Source: an uncultured Lentisphaerales bacterium
GTDB taxonomy: Bacteria; Verrucomicrobiota; Kiritimatiellia; RFP12; JAAYLN01
Reading direction: 5' to 3'
NCBI GenBank assembly: GCA_964542285.1
Contig: CAZIUM010000002.1
Coordinates: forward strand, 1-60,800
DNA: 60,800 nucleotides
Of the stretch, positions 9,701 to 18,962 are shown in pieces. The notes below the pieces were generated by a model. It did no database searches and was not told the origin of the DNA. It was given only the letters and a program-made list of their open reading frames with translations. Numbering within the stretch: position 1 is the stretch's first letter; every line of letters starts with the position of its first letter. The translations under genes and the position numbers were made by a program.

Positions 9701-10362
9701 GCGCCGACATCGAAGCCATGGGGCCGGTGAACCTGGTGGCGATCGACGAATACAAGGAGCTGGAAGAACGCTTCACCTTTCTGCGCGCGCAGGAAGCCGA
9801 CATGGTCAAGTCCAAGGAGCAGATCCTGGACCTCCTGCGCATGATCAACAAAAAAAGCTCCGAGTTGTTCCAGGCGACTTTCGAACAGGCCAACTCCAAT
9901 TTCGAGAACATGTTCATGAAACTCTTCAACGGCGGCACGGCCAAACTCGTCCTGTTGAACAATGTCGACGATCCGTTGGAGTGCGGCATTGAAATCATTG
10001 CCCGCCCGCCGGGTAAGCGTCTGCAGTCGATTTCGTTGCTGTCGGGTGGCGAACGCACCATGACGGCCGTTAGCCTGCTGTTTGCCATCTACATGATCAA
10101 GCCCAGTCCGTTCTGCATGCTGGACGAACTGGATGCGGCGCTTGACGACTCGAACATCGGCCGTTTCGTGCAGACCCTGAAAGACTTCCTGGCCCAATCC
10201 CAATTCCTGATCATTACGCACAACCAGCACACCATTGCCAGCTCGGACATCGTCTACGGGGTGACCATGCCTGAAAAGGGCATTTCAAAAATCGTCTCCA
10301 TGCGCCTGCGTGAAATTGGGGTGCGTCCTTTGAACATGGCGCCCGAAGCGGTTCCCGAATAA
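6763..10362 (+). CDS. smc: Chromosome partition protein Smc
   Basis: 1199 aa. N-terminal Walker A ([18 protein letters not shown]...[23 protein letters not shown]), long coiled-coil E/Q/R-rich arms, C-terminal signature [17 protein letters not shown] and Walker B [11 protein letters not shown]. Confidence 0.95.
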   Translation: [1199 protein letters not shown]

Positions 10363-10479
10363 CCGGCGAGTATTGACAATCGTTCAGATTATGGCACACT
10401 TTCCGCTGGTTTGAGCAGGGTCCCCGCCTGGGCGACGATCCTGACCGAGGTGTATGTGTAAGGAATCGACAGGAGTTTT

Positions 10480-11412
10480 ATGAACGTAAAGGCAGCCATT
10501 TTTGCGGGCCAGGGAGCCCAGTTCCCCGGCATGGGAAAGGACCTTGCCGCGGCGGATCGGGACATTGCCGCTTTGTACGAACGCGCCAATCGGGCGCTGG
10601 GATTCGATCTGCGCAAGATTTGCTTCGAGGGCCCCGCCGAGGAACTGACAAAATCCAGCCTCTGTCAGCCGGCGATTTTTGTCACCAGCATTGCCTGCCG
10701 GCTCGCGTTCCGCAAGCGCTATCCGCAATATGTTTTTGACTTGGCTGCCGGACTCAGCCTGGGCGAATGGAGTGCGCTGCATGAAGCCGGAGTACTGGAC
10801 TTCGACAATGCCATTCGTGTCCTGGAGGCTCGTGGCCGCTTCATGCAGGAGGCCTGCGAAGAAAAGCCGGGTGGCATGGTCAGCGTGATGAACCTGGCGC
10901 GCGATCGAGTCGCCTCAATCTGCGAACAGTCCGGCGCCCGCATGGCCAACATCAATTCCGACAAGCAGATTGTGCTTTCCGGCACGCGAGAGGCCGTCGA
11001 ATCTGCCGGCAAACTGGCGCAGGAAGCCGGCGGCAAAAGCATTATGCTCAAGGTTGCCGGCGCGTTCCATTCGCCGCTTATGAATTCGGCGCGCCAAAAA
11101 CTAGCGACTTTCATGGAAGACATTCCCTTCGGCGTCCCCACCATGCCGGTGTATGCCAACCTCACCGGGAAGCCGCATCCGAATGATGGCGAAACGATCA
11201 AGCAAACCATGTTGCGGCAGGTCACGGAACCGGTGCTGTGGGTGGACAGCATTCGCGCCGCGGCCCCGCGGGAATGCATCGAATTCGGTCCCGGCAAGGT
11301 GCTAAGCGGATTAATCCGCCGCATTGACCCCACCATGGCCGTGGGCAACGTGCAGGACAACGCAAGCCTGGAAGCCGTGTCGGCGCTGGTGGAGAATCAT
11401 AAAAATGGGTAA
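10480..11412 (+). CDS. fabD: Malonyl-CoA:ACP transacylase
   Basis: 310 aa. FAGQGAQFPGMG and the active-site GLSLGEWSAL motif. AGGAG Shine-Dalgarno 5 nt upstream. Sits in the fab operon. Confidence 0.92.
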   Translation: MNVKAAIFAGQGAQFPGMGKDLAAADRDIAALYERANRALGFDLRKICFEGPAEELTKSSLCQPAIFVTSIACRLAFRKRYPQYVFDLAAGLSLGEWSALHEAGVLDFDNAIRVLEARGRFMQEACEEKPGGMVSVMNLARDRVASICEQSGARMANINSDKQIVLSGTREAVESAGKLAQEAGGKSIMLKVAGAFHSPLMNSARQKLATFMEDIPFGVPTMPVYANLTGKPHPNDGETIKQTMLRQVTEPVLWVDSIRAAAPRECIEFGPGKVLSGLIRRIDPTMAVGNVQDNASLEAVSALVENHKNG

Positions 11413-12148
11413 ACTCGACAATCGCATTGCGATCGTAACCGGTGGCGGCAGCGGCATTGGCCGTGCCATTGCCATGGAACTCGCGCACGAGGGCTGCGAT
11501 GTGGCCGTTTGCGGTCGGAGAATCGATCCGCTCCAGGAGACCGTTGACGCGATCGAAAAGCTCGGACGTCATGCCATGGCCGGATCCGTGGACGTCGCCT
11601 CCGGCGATTCCGTCCAGGCGTTTGTCGATGAAGTCAACAAAAATTTTGGCCGCATCGACATCCTCGTGAACAATGCCGGAGTCACACGCGACAACCTGCT
11701 GATCCGCATGACCGAAGCGGAATGGGACGAGGTATTGCAGACCAATCTCAAGGGAGCCTTCCTCTTCGACAAGGCCGTGGCACGCCCGATGATGAAGCAA
11801 CGATCGGGCAGCATCGTCCAGATCGCATCCATTATCGCCTTGATTGGAAACGCCGGACAGTGTAATTATGCGGCTTCCAAGGCAGGCATGATCGCCTTGA
11901 CGCAATCCTTGGCCAAGGAATTAGCTTCCCGGAACATCCGCGTGAACGCGGTTGCTCCCGGTTTCATTGTATCTCATATGACCGACGCACTTCCGCAAGC
12001 CGTGCGAGACGGCATGTTGGGGCAGATTCCGGCGGGACGGTTCGGAGAACCTTCGGACGTGGCCAAAGCCGTAGTGTTTCTCGCCGGCGATGACGCCTCC
12101 TATGTGACGGGTCAGGTGCTGAGCGTGAACGGTGGCATGACCATGTAA
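11405..12148 (+). CDS. fabG: 3-oxoacyl-ACP reductase (SDR)
   Basis: ATG at 11405 gives MGKLDNRIAIVTGGGSGIGRAIA (TGxxxGIG). NNAG and the YxxxK context (NYAASKAG) are present. Overlaps the fabD stop by 8 nt. The ORF-track start at 11324 is an upstream extension inside fabD. Confidence 0.92.
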   Translation: MGKLDNRIAIVTGGGSGIGRAIAMELAHEGCDVAVCGRRIDPLQETVDAIEKLGRHAMAGSVDVASGDSVQAFVDEVNKNFGRIDILVNNAGVTRDNLLIRMTEAEWDEVLQTNLKGAFLFDKAVARPMMKQRSGSIVQIASIIALIGNAGQCNYAASKAGMIALTQSLAKELASRNIRVNAVAPGFIVSHMTDALPQAVRDGMLGQIPAGRFGEPSDVAKAVVFLAGDDASYVTGQVLSVNGGMTM

Positions 12149-12211
12149 CAGTATGCGGGTCCACTGCGGGCTCGGTAAGACAAAACAAAGCAACAGTCAG
12201 GAGAAGCCAAT

Positions 12212-12460
12212 ATGGCTAACAAGCTCGAAGAACGCGTAAAAGAAATTATCGTGGAACAGTTGGGCGTCAATGCCGACCAGGTGACACCGGAAGCGTCGTT
12301 TATCGACGATCTCGGTGCCGACTCGCTCGACACCGTCGAACTGGTGATGGCGTTTGAGGAAGAATTCGGCGCCGAAATTCCCGATGAGGACGCTGAAAAG
12401 CTGACGTCCGTCGGCGCTGTGCTCGAATACTTGAAAAGCAAGGGATTCGACAAAGAGTAG
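12212..12460 (+). CDS. acpP: Acyl carrier protein
   Basis: 82 aa with the phosphopantetheine site [21 protein letters not shown]. Confidence 0.95.
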   Translation: MANKLEERVKEIIVEQLGVNADQVTPEASFIDDLGADSLDTVELVMAFEEEFGAEIPDEDAEKLTSVGAVLEYLKSKGFDKE

Positions 12461-12484
12461 CCTTCCAGACGCAGAGATCCGTGA

Positions 12485-12522
12485 CAGCCGGGGAGAGTTT
12501 TGCTTAATTTTCTCCCCGGCTG
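12485..12522 (+). terminator. Perfect 12-bp stem-loop between acpP and fabF (attenuator or partial terminator)
   Basis: CAGCCGGGGAGA (12485-12496), 14-nt loop, TCTCCCCGGCTG (12511-12522). It begins 24 nt after the acpP stop. Only a weak T-rich tail follows. Confidence 0.4.
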
Positions 12523-12601
12523 ACTGTTCTTGCAGCCTGTCGGTTGCGCCAGTGAGGCGCGCCGCGCGCTGTGGTTGAACGTACCGCAAGAGGAGTAGCA
12601 C

Positions 12602-13840
12602 ATGCAACGACGTGTCGTCATCACCGGAATGGGCGTGGTTTCGCCTCTGGGCTGTGACTTGGATGGTTTCTGGCAGGGTCTGATAGGGGGAACCAGTGGT
12701 GTTACGCTGCTGGACCGCTTCGATGCCTCTGCGTTCACCACCCGGATCGCCGCCCAGGTCAAAGATTTTGACGCCGATCGCTTTGTGCCTCCCAAGGAAC
12801 AGCGGCGCATGGATCGCAATTGCCGTTATGCGCTGGCCGCCTCGCGCATGGCGGTGGAGGATGCCGGCATCGACCTGGCGAAGTTGCCGCCCGAGCGCGG
12901 CGGCGTGGCCATCGGCTCGGGCGTGGGCGGGCTCGAAACCCTGGAGGACCAGGCCGAGGTGTTGCGCACAAAAGGTCCACGACGTCTTTCCCCTTTTACG
13001 GTTCCCTCGATGATTGTGAACATGGGTGCCGGTTTGGTGGCAATCCAACATAATCTGCAAGGACCCAATTTTGCCGTCATCACGGCCTGCGCCACCGGAC
13101 TGCACTCCATTGGGCTGGCCGCGCGCTCCATTCGAGACGGTGAATGCGATGTAATGATCGCGGGGGGAGCCGAAGCCTGCATTACCCCTCTCGGTCTCGG
13201 AAGTTTTGCCTCCATGCGCGCGATCAGCACGCGCAACGACGACCCCGCCGGCGCCAGCCGGCCCTTCGATCGCGAGCGCGACGGGTTTGTCATGGGCGAA
13301 GGATCCGGCATCCTGTTCCTGGAGGACTATGAACACGCCAAAACCCGCGGCGCCAACATCTACGCGGAAGTGGCCGGATTCGGCATGACTTGCGATGCCT
13401 ACCACATGACGGCACCGCGTGAAGACGGCGAAGGCGCCATGCGCGCCATGCTCAAGGCGCTGGAACATGCCGGTCTTAACGTGGAGGACGTCAACTACAT
13501 CAACGCACATGGCACCAGCACTCCGCTCAACGACAAGGTGGAAACCATGGCCATCAAGCGGGCCTTCGGTCCGGAACGTGCCGGACGCCTGATGATCTCA
13601 TCCACCAAATCCATGACTGGCCACATGCTGGGGGCCGCCGGCGGCATCGAATCTATCGTTTGCGCCCTGGCCGTCAAGCATGGCGTGGTCCCCCCCACCA
13701 TCAATTACAGCACTCCGGACCCCGAGTGCGACCTGGATTATGTCCCCAATCAGCCCCGTGAGGCGTCCCTTGCGGTCTGCCTCAACAATTCACTGGGCTT
13801 TGGCGGACACAACGGGTGCCTGGCTTTTAAACGCGTATAG
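12602..13840 (+). CDS. fabF: 3-oxoacyl-ACP synthase II
   Basis: 412 aa. MQRRVVITGMGVVSPLG, active-site TACATG, the HMT/HGT histidine blocks and C-terminal NSLGFGGHN. Confidence 0.93.
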   Translation: MQRRVVITGMGVVSPLGCDLDGFWQGLIGGTSGVTLLDRFDASAFTTRIAAQVKDFDADRFVPPKEQRRMDRNCRYALAASRMAVEDAGIDLAKLPPERGGVAIGSGVGGLETLEDQAEVLRTKGPRRLSPFTVPSMIVNMGAGLVAIQHNLQGPNFAVITACATGLHSIGLAARSIRDGECDVMIAGGAEACITPLGLGSFASMRAISTRNDDPAGASRPFDRERDGFVMGEGSGILFLEDYEHAKTRGANIYAEVAGFGMTCDAYHMTAPREDGEGAMRAMLKALEHAGLNVEDVNYINAHGTSTPLNDKVETMAIKRAFGPERAGRLMISSTKSMTGHMLGAAGGIESIVCALAVKHGVVPPTINYSTPDPECDLDYVPNQPREASLAVCLNNSLGFGGHNGCLAFKRV

Positions 13841-14011
13841 CTTTCCAGGCGGCGGGGTGCGTTTCACAATTGTTGAAGCGCACCGGGAATTCAGAACTCA
13901 GAAGTCGGAATTGCAGGGGCGACCCCGATCCCGATCGCGATTTCGAGCTTGGGTATTTGGGGCTTTTGTTATTTCATCGAGAAGTCACCCGATCCCCACC
14001 CCTTCCTGAGG

Positions 14012-14842
14012 TCAGGGGAGGGGTTGGCAGGTTGGACAGAGATGCGTTCCGCGCTGCCCCACCACCCGGCGTTCAATTATCGTGCCGCAGCGCGAACAGG
14101 CCTCCCCGTGGCGTCGAAACACTTCGAGCTTGTCGGCATGCCGGCCGCGACGTCCCGCCACACTGTAAAAGTTAGTCATTCCATTGCCAAGTGTGGTGCC
14201 TCCCAGGGAAATGCCGCGTTTGAGGACCAGCACGACGGCCGCGCGCAAACGCCGGACGTCTCCGGGCGTCAGACTGTCCGTTCTGCGTTCCGGATGAATG
14301 CCCGCGGCCCACAGGGCCTCGTCGACGTAAATGTTTCCCAGCCCCGCCACGTTGGTCTGGTCAAGCAACCAAGGCTTGAGCATGCGTCGGGATCTCGCCA
14401 GGCGACGTTGGAGGTAAGTCGAAGTAAAGGCTGGCGATAGCGGCTCGGGGCCGAGTTGCCGCAACAGGATTGCATCCGTCGATGTCAAATACATGCGTCC
14501 GAACTTGCGTGTGTCGTTGAAATGCAAGCAACGCCCGTCCGAGAGGGCCAGGACGACACGATCATGCTCGCGGAGAGGCGTTCCCGCGGGCTCCAGTCGT
14601 AACTTGCCGGTCATGCGCAGGTGAATCGCCAGGCATTTGTCGCCGCCCAACCCCAAAAGGATGAATTTAGCGCGTCGGCGAACCGTTTCAATAGCTTGTC
14701 CGACGAGGCCCCCGATCACTTGCTCGGAATCGGGACACAAACTGCGCGACCAGGATACATTCACCGCGATAATGCGGTTGTGCTCCAGTCCCGCCCGGCG
14801 CAGGCCGCGCACCACGGTTTCAACTTCCGGCAGTTCAGGCAT
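14012..14842 (-). CDS. mutM: Formamidopyrimidine-DNA glycosylase
   Basis: 276 aa starting [14 protein letters not shown] (catalytic Pro2/Glu3). C-terminal zinc finger CSRCG...CPTCQ. Confidence 0.92.
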   Translation of the reverse strand: MPELPEVETVVRGLRRAGLEHNRIIAVNVSWSRSLCPDSEQVIGGLVGQAIETVRRRAKFILLGLGGDKCLAIHLRMTGKLRLEPAGTPLREHDRVVLALSDGRCLHFNDTRKFGRMYLTSTDAILLRQLGPEPLSPAFTSTYLQRRLARSRRMLKPWLLDQTNVAGLGNIYVDEALWAAGIHPERRTDSLTPGDVRRLRAAVVLVLKRGISLGGTTLGNGMTNFYSVAGRRGRHADKLEVFRRHGEACSRCGTIIERRVVGQRGTHLCPTCQPLP

Positions 14843-15389
14843 CGGACTTTTTCTTGGGCGCGGGGGGCGCAGTCAGCGGCATGGCAAAATGAATTTGGCG
14901 CGCCACCTCCGTAAAACCAAGCTGCTTGTACAGGTGCTCGCCGGCCAGATTGTCGTCCAGCGTTTCGATCTTGGCCTGCGCCAACCCCAATTTGCGGAAA
15001 TGCTTCAGAGCCCTTTGAATTAATCGGCGTCCGATTCCCCTGCCCTGGAAATCCCGCGCCACGGCCAGGTCGAGGATACAGCCGCGCGAGGCCGTCGGCA
15101 CGATCGCGGTGCTGACAAAGCCGACCATTCCATCGCGCGAATCGACCGCCACGAAACAACCGCTGGGATTGGCCTCCACCTGGCGCCGGGCCTGTTGACA
15201 TTTCGTCTTGTGCCAGGGCGTCCCGCCGCACAACTTGTGAATACGGGCGTCAATGGAGGCCGGGCGGAAAACCGTCCTCATCAAGACCGCGATCGCCTCC
15301 AGGTCCCGGGGTTGAAACGTGCGGATACGGACGACGCCGTCATTGGGCTGGATCATCGGGCGGAATTTCACGGGTTGCCTCGGGTTCAC
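14835..15389 (-). CDS. GNAT family N-acetyltransferase
   Basis: 184-aa ORF with an acetyl-CoA binding block ([18 protein letters not shown]). The start is uncertain: an in-frame ATG at 15356 would shorten the overlap with the gyrA 3' end. Confidence 0.7.
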   Translation of the reverse strand: MNPRQPVKFRPMIQPNDGVVRIRTFQPRDLEAIAVLMRTVFRPASIDARIHKLCGGTPWHKTKCQQARRQVEANPSGCFVAVDSRDGMVGFVSTAIVPTASRGCILDLAVARDFQGRGIGRRLIQRALKHFRKLGLAQAKIETLDDNLAGEHLYKQLGFTEVARQIHFAMPLTAPPAPKKKSDA

Positions 15390-17970
15390 GATCGGGCTCC
15401 TTCACGGAGCGGAATTTTTCGGCTGCTTGCGGCGGGATCGCATCTCCCGGCGATTCCTCCGTCGTATCCGCGTCGTCTGTTCCGTTGGGTTCGCCGGGCA
15501 CGACGGTGATTTCGAGCAACCGGTCCTCTTTGTCCAGATTGACCAGCCGCACACCCTGGGTATTACGACCGATCACCCGCACCTGGTTTGCCGGGGTGCG
15601 CACCAACATTCCCTTGGACGTCATCAGCATCAGGGCATCGTCTTCGCGCACGGCAGCGGCCCCGATCACCTCGCCATTGCGTTCGGTGGTTTGAATACCG
15701 ATGATGCCCTTGCCGCCTCGGTTCTGCAGGCGGAATTCGTCAAAGGAGGTTCGTTTGCCGTATCCATGGACGGTGCCGGTCAACACGGTGGACTGGAGAT
15801 CGACCACCAACAGGCTGCACACCTTGTCGTCTCCTTCCAGTGCAATGCCGCGCACACCGATCGAATCGCGTCCGGTGGCCCGCACATCGTTTTCGTCGAA
15901 GCGAATCGTTTTACCATGCGCCGTAGCCAGCATTACATGATCGCCTTGACTCGTGAGACAGACCCGGATCAGACGATCGTCCTCTTCGATATGGATGGCG
16001 ATCAATCCGTTGCGTCGAATGTTTCGATAGCTGCTGAGCATGGTTTTCTTGACCGTGCCGTTGGCAGTGGCAAAGAAAAGCCGGCCTTCGTCGGTGAATT
16101 CCCGAATCCGCAGCATGGTGGCTACTTTTTCCTCGGGCTGCAATTCAAGCAGGTTAACAATGGCCTTGCCCGTGGCGGTGCGGGCCGCTTCCGGCACTTC
16201 GAACGCCCGGCGCGCATGCACCCGCCCCTGGTTGGTAAAGAACAACAGGGTATCGTGGGTCGTGGCCACGAACAGCGTGTCGATGAAGTCGTCGTCGCGC
16301 GTCGCGCCTCCCATGACGCCCCGCCCCCCGCGACGTTGCTCGCGATACACCTCCAGGGGAACCCGCTTAACATATCCCTTGTGACTCAGGGTGACCACGC
16401 AGGGCGTATCGGCAATCAAATCCTCGATGTCCACCTCACCTTCGACCGGCATAATCGCGGTGCGGCGCTCGTCGCCGTATTTTTCCCTGAGTTCCTGCAG
16501 ATCGGTTTTGATCAGATCGAGGATGCGCCCCGGGAAATCCAGCAGCCCCTGCAGGTATTCGATCTTTGCGACCACGGTGCGATGTTCTTCCTCGACCTTG
16601 TCGCGTTCCAGGCCGGTCAGTTGGTACAACCGCATGTCGAGAATGGCATCCGCCTGCTTCTCGCTGAAGGCATAGGCCTCGATCAAGCCCCTGCGTGCCT
16701 CGTCACGGTTGCGCGACGCGCGAATCAGCCGTACGATCTCGTCAAGATGATCAAGCGCCTTGAGCAGACCTTCAAGAATGTGCCTGCGCGCTTCGGCACG
16801 CGCCTTTTCGTACTGTGTGCGGCGCGTGATGACATCGAACCGGTGATCGACATAGCAGCGGATCAGCTCCTTGAGATTCATGACCTTGGGCCGATTGTTG
16901 TCGATCGCCAGCATGATGGCCCCAAACGTCGTCTGCAGTTGCGTGTGCTTGTACAGATTGTTGAGCACCACCTGCCCCATGGCACCGCGCTTGAGGTCGA
17001 TGACCACCCGGATACCCTGGCTGGAACTCTCGTCGCGGATGTCCGAGATGCCTTCCAACTGCTTTTCGTTGACCATTCGGGCAATGTCGGTGATCAAGTG
17101 GGCCTTGTTAACGTTGTAGGGCAGTTCGGAAATCAGGATCATCTCGCGATTGCGCTCTTCCAGGACCTCCGCGTGTCCGCGCACCGTCATTTGTCCGCGG
17201 CCCAGCTTGTACATCGCTTCAATCTGGCGCGTGCCGCAAATCATGGCGCCGGTCGGAAAATCCGGCCCCCGCACGAATTGCAACAGGTCGTCAATGCTGC
17301 AATCGCGATGGTCGATGTAGTGCACAATGGCATCGGTAATCTCGCGGAGGTTGTGCGGCGGTATGTTGGTGGCCATGCCGACGGCAATCCCGGTGGACCC
17401 GTTCAGCAGCAGATTGGGCAGTTTCGACGGCAACACCAGGGGCTGCATCAGCGACTCGTCATAGTTGGGAACGAAATCGACGGTCTGCTTGTCAAGGTCT
17501 TCGAGCATCTCCTCGGCCATGCGGTCCATGCGCACTTCCGTATACCGCATGGCGGCCGGCGGATCGCCGTCAATCGAGCCGAAGTTCCCCTGCCCGTCAA
17601 CCAACGGATAGCGCATCGAAAAGTCCTGCGCCAACCGCACGATGGTGTCGTAAACGGCCTGGTCGCCATGGGGATGATATTTGCCGATCACGTCACCCAC
17701 CACGCGCGCCGATTTCTTGTACGCCTTGGAATGCGTGTTGCCCAGTTCCTGCATCGCAAACAGTACCCGGCGGTGGACGGGCTTCAGCCCGTCACGGGCA
17801 TCCGGCAGAGCGCGACCGATGATCACGCTCATGGAGTAATCGATGTAGGAGGAACGCATTTCCTCCTCAATGTTGATGCGAGGTTCTGAATCGTCCACTG
17901 CGGGAACATCAACAGGCGGTTGCAAGGGAACGTTGGTTTCACTCATGGCTGGATTTTCTTGATTCGACAT
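15340..17970 (-). CDS. gyrA: DNA gyrase subunit A
   Basis: 876 aa. [30 protein letters not shown], the active-site region AAMRYTE and C-terminal beta-pinwheel repeats. Confidence 0.96.
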   Translation of the reverse strand: MSNQENPAMSETNVPLQPPVDVPAVDDSEPRINIEEEMRSSYIDYSMSVIIGRALPDARDGLKPVHRRVLFAMQELGNTHSKAYKKSARVVGDVIGKYHPHGDQAVYDTIVRLAQDFSMRYPLVDGQGNFGSIDGDPPAAMRYTEVRMDRMAEEMLEDLDKQTVDFVPNYDESLMQPLVLPSKLPNLLLNGSTGIAVGMATNIPPHNLREITDAIVHYIDHRDCSIDDLLQFVRGPDFPTGAMICGTRQIEAMYKLGRGQMTVRGHAEVLEERNREMILISELPYNVNKAHLITDIARMVNEKQLEGISDIRDESSSQGIRVVIDLKRGAMGQVVLNNLYKHTQLQTTFGAIMLAIDNNRPKVMNLKELIRCYVDHRFDVITRRTQYEKARAEARRHILEGLLKALDHLDEIVRLIRASRNRDEARRGLIEAYAFSEKQADAILDMRLYQLTGLERDKVEEEHRTVVAKIEYLQGLLDFPGRILDLIKTDLQELREKYGDERRTAIMPVEGEVDIEDLIADTPCVVTLSHKGYVKRVPLEVYREQRRGGRGVMGGATRDDDFIDTLFVATTHDTLLFFTNQGRVHARRAFEVPEAARTATGKAIVNLLELQPEEKVATMLRIREFTDEGRLFFATANGTVKKTMLSSYRNIRRNGLIAIHIEEDDRLIRVCLTSQGDHVMLATAHGKTIRFDENDVRATGRDSIGVRGIALEGDDKVCSLLVVDLQSTVLTGTVHGYGKRTSFDEFRLQNRGGKGIIGIQTTERNGEVIGAAAVREDDALMLMTSKGMLVRTPANQVRVIGRNTQGVRLVNLDKEDRLLEITVVPGEPNGTDDADTTEESPGDAIPPQAAEKFRSVKEPDREPEATREIPPDDPAQ

Positions 17971-18148
17971 ATTTTTATAATTTACCCCATCTTCTTGTGA
18001 ATGTCAGTCAAAATCGGCATCGGGCACCCGGGTGGCTGGAAGAATGGCCCTCACAATTGATGCGCACCCGTGGCAAGGGGCAAGGGACGGAAAAGATCGG
18101 AAGAAAGGGACTTATGCGCCCTGCAACACCAATCTGTCACAAAACCCC

Positions 18149-18178
18149 TTGACACAATTATAAATACTGTAGTAGATT
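18149..18178 (+). promoter_or_regulatory. Sigma70-like promoter for the iclR-led operon
   Basis: Consensus -35 TTGACA (18149-18154), 18-nt spacer, TAGATT (18173-18178), in the gyrA/iclR divergent region. Confidence 0.4.
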
Positions 18179-18185
18179 ACGCACC

Positions 18186-18208
18186 AATTGCAATATTTAG
18201 AATTGCAA
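18186..18208 (+). promoter_or_regulatory. Candidate operator: two copies of AATTGCAA (palindromic core TTGCAA), 15 bp centre to centre
   Basis: AATTGCAA at 18186-18193 and 18201-18208. It lies between the putative -10 and the iclR ATG at 18212, the position expected for autorepression. Confidence 0.4.
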
Positions 18209-18211
18209 CCC

Positions 18212-18943
18212 ATGAATTCTACTTTAAAGAATGGTTTCCGCCTGTTGGAAATTCTGGCCCTCGCCGGCACGGAATTGACGGTCAAATCGCTGTCCGAGCA
18301 AACCGGGCTGCCGTCCAGTCATGTATGTCGACTGCTCAAAACGCTGCTGGCCACCGGATACGTGGAACAAAACCCGACCTCGAGACGGTACCGGATCAGT
18401 TTGAAGATTCTGACCTTGTCACATACTTGTTTGTCACGACTCGACTTACGCCGTATCGGGCATCCATTTTTAGTCGAACTGGGCGAACAACTCAACGCAC
18501 AATCCTATCTTTCGGCTCCTTGGCGCGGGTATTCGATTGTTGTGGACATTTTCTGGCCCCGTCATGGCAAAGGCAACGATCCGGCGGCCGAAATCGGCCA
18601 GACGCATTCCGTCCGCCACAGCGCCTGCGGAAAGGTTTGCGCGGCTTATGCCTCGCCCGAAGAGCGTTGTCAATTGCAGATGGACGGCCGCGTAGGCGAT
18701 TCCCGCAAGGGGGAAGACTGGGGCGCGGAATTTGATCGAATTCGTAACAGGGGGCTGGCCATCCGTAACGAACAGGGCATTCTGGCACTGGCCGCACCGT
18801 TGTTTCGCGCGGGAGACCATTTTTGCGGGGCCATCGGGGCCATGCTGCCGACCGGCACCCTGCTGACCGACACCATCGAGGAAACGTTGCGTTCCACCGC
18901 CAGGGGACTTTCCTTCGCGCTGGGACAACCCTTCTCGCAATAA
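18212..18943 (+). CDS. IclR family transcriptional regulator
   Basis: MNSTLKNGFRLLEILALAGTELTVKSLSEQTGLPSSHVCRLLKTLLATGYVEQ is a typical IclR wHTH, followed by an effector-binding domain of about 170 aa. The ATG at 18212 is preferred over the TTG at 18188 in the ORF track. Confidence 0.8.
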   Translation: MNSTLKNGFRLLEILALAGTELTVKSLSEQTGLPSSHVCRLLKTLLATGYVEQNPTSRRYRISLKILTLSHTCLSRLDLRRIGHPFLVELGEQLNAQSYLSAPWRGYSIVVDIFWPRHGKGNDPAAEIGQTHSVRHSACGKVCAAYASPEERCQLQMDGRVGDSRKGEDWGAEFDRIRNRGLAIRNEQGILALAAPLFRAGDHFCGAIGAMLPTGTLLTDTIEETLRSTARGLSFALGQPFSQ

Positions 18944-18962
18944 ACACCAGAGGAAGCACATC

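Noticed and set aside
6775-10230. Two long minus-strand ORFs (569 and 567 aa)
   Set aside because: Both are antisense to smc. Stop-poor reverse frames are expected opposite a GC-rich coiled-coil gene rich in GAG, CAG and CGC codons.
13998-14024. Imperfect GC-rich hairpin (ACCCCT..CCTG-AGGT-CAGG..AGGGGT) between the convergent fabF and mutM genes, considered as a bidirectional terminator
   Set aside because: The stem is interrupted by an internal loop and overlaps the mutM stop codon. It has no U-tract on either strand, which is too weak to call.
15319-17889. 856-aa ORF on the plus strand
   Set aside because: It is antisense to gyrA, whose identity is unambiguous. Its composition is low-complexity and it has no motifs.
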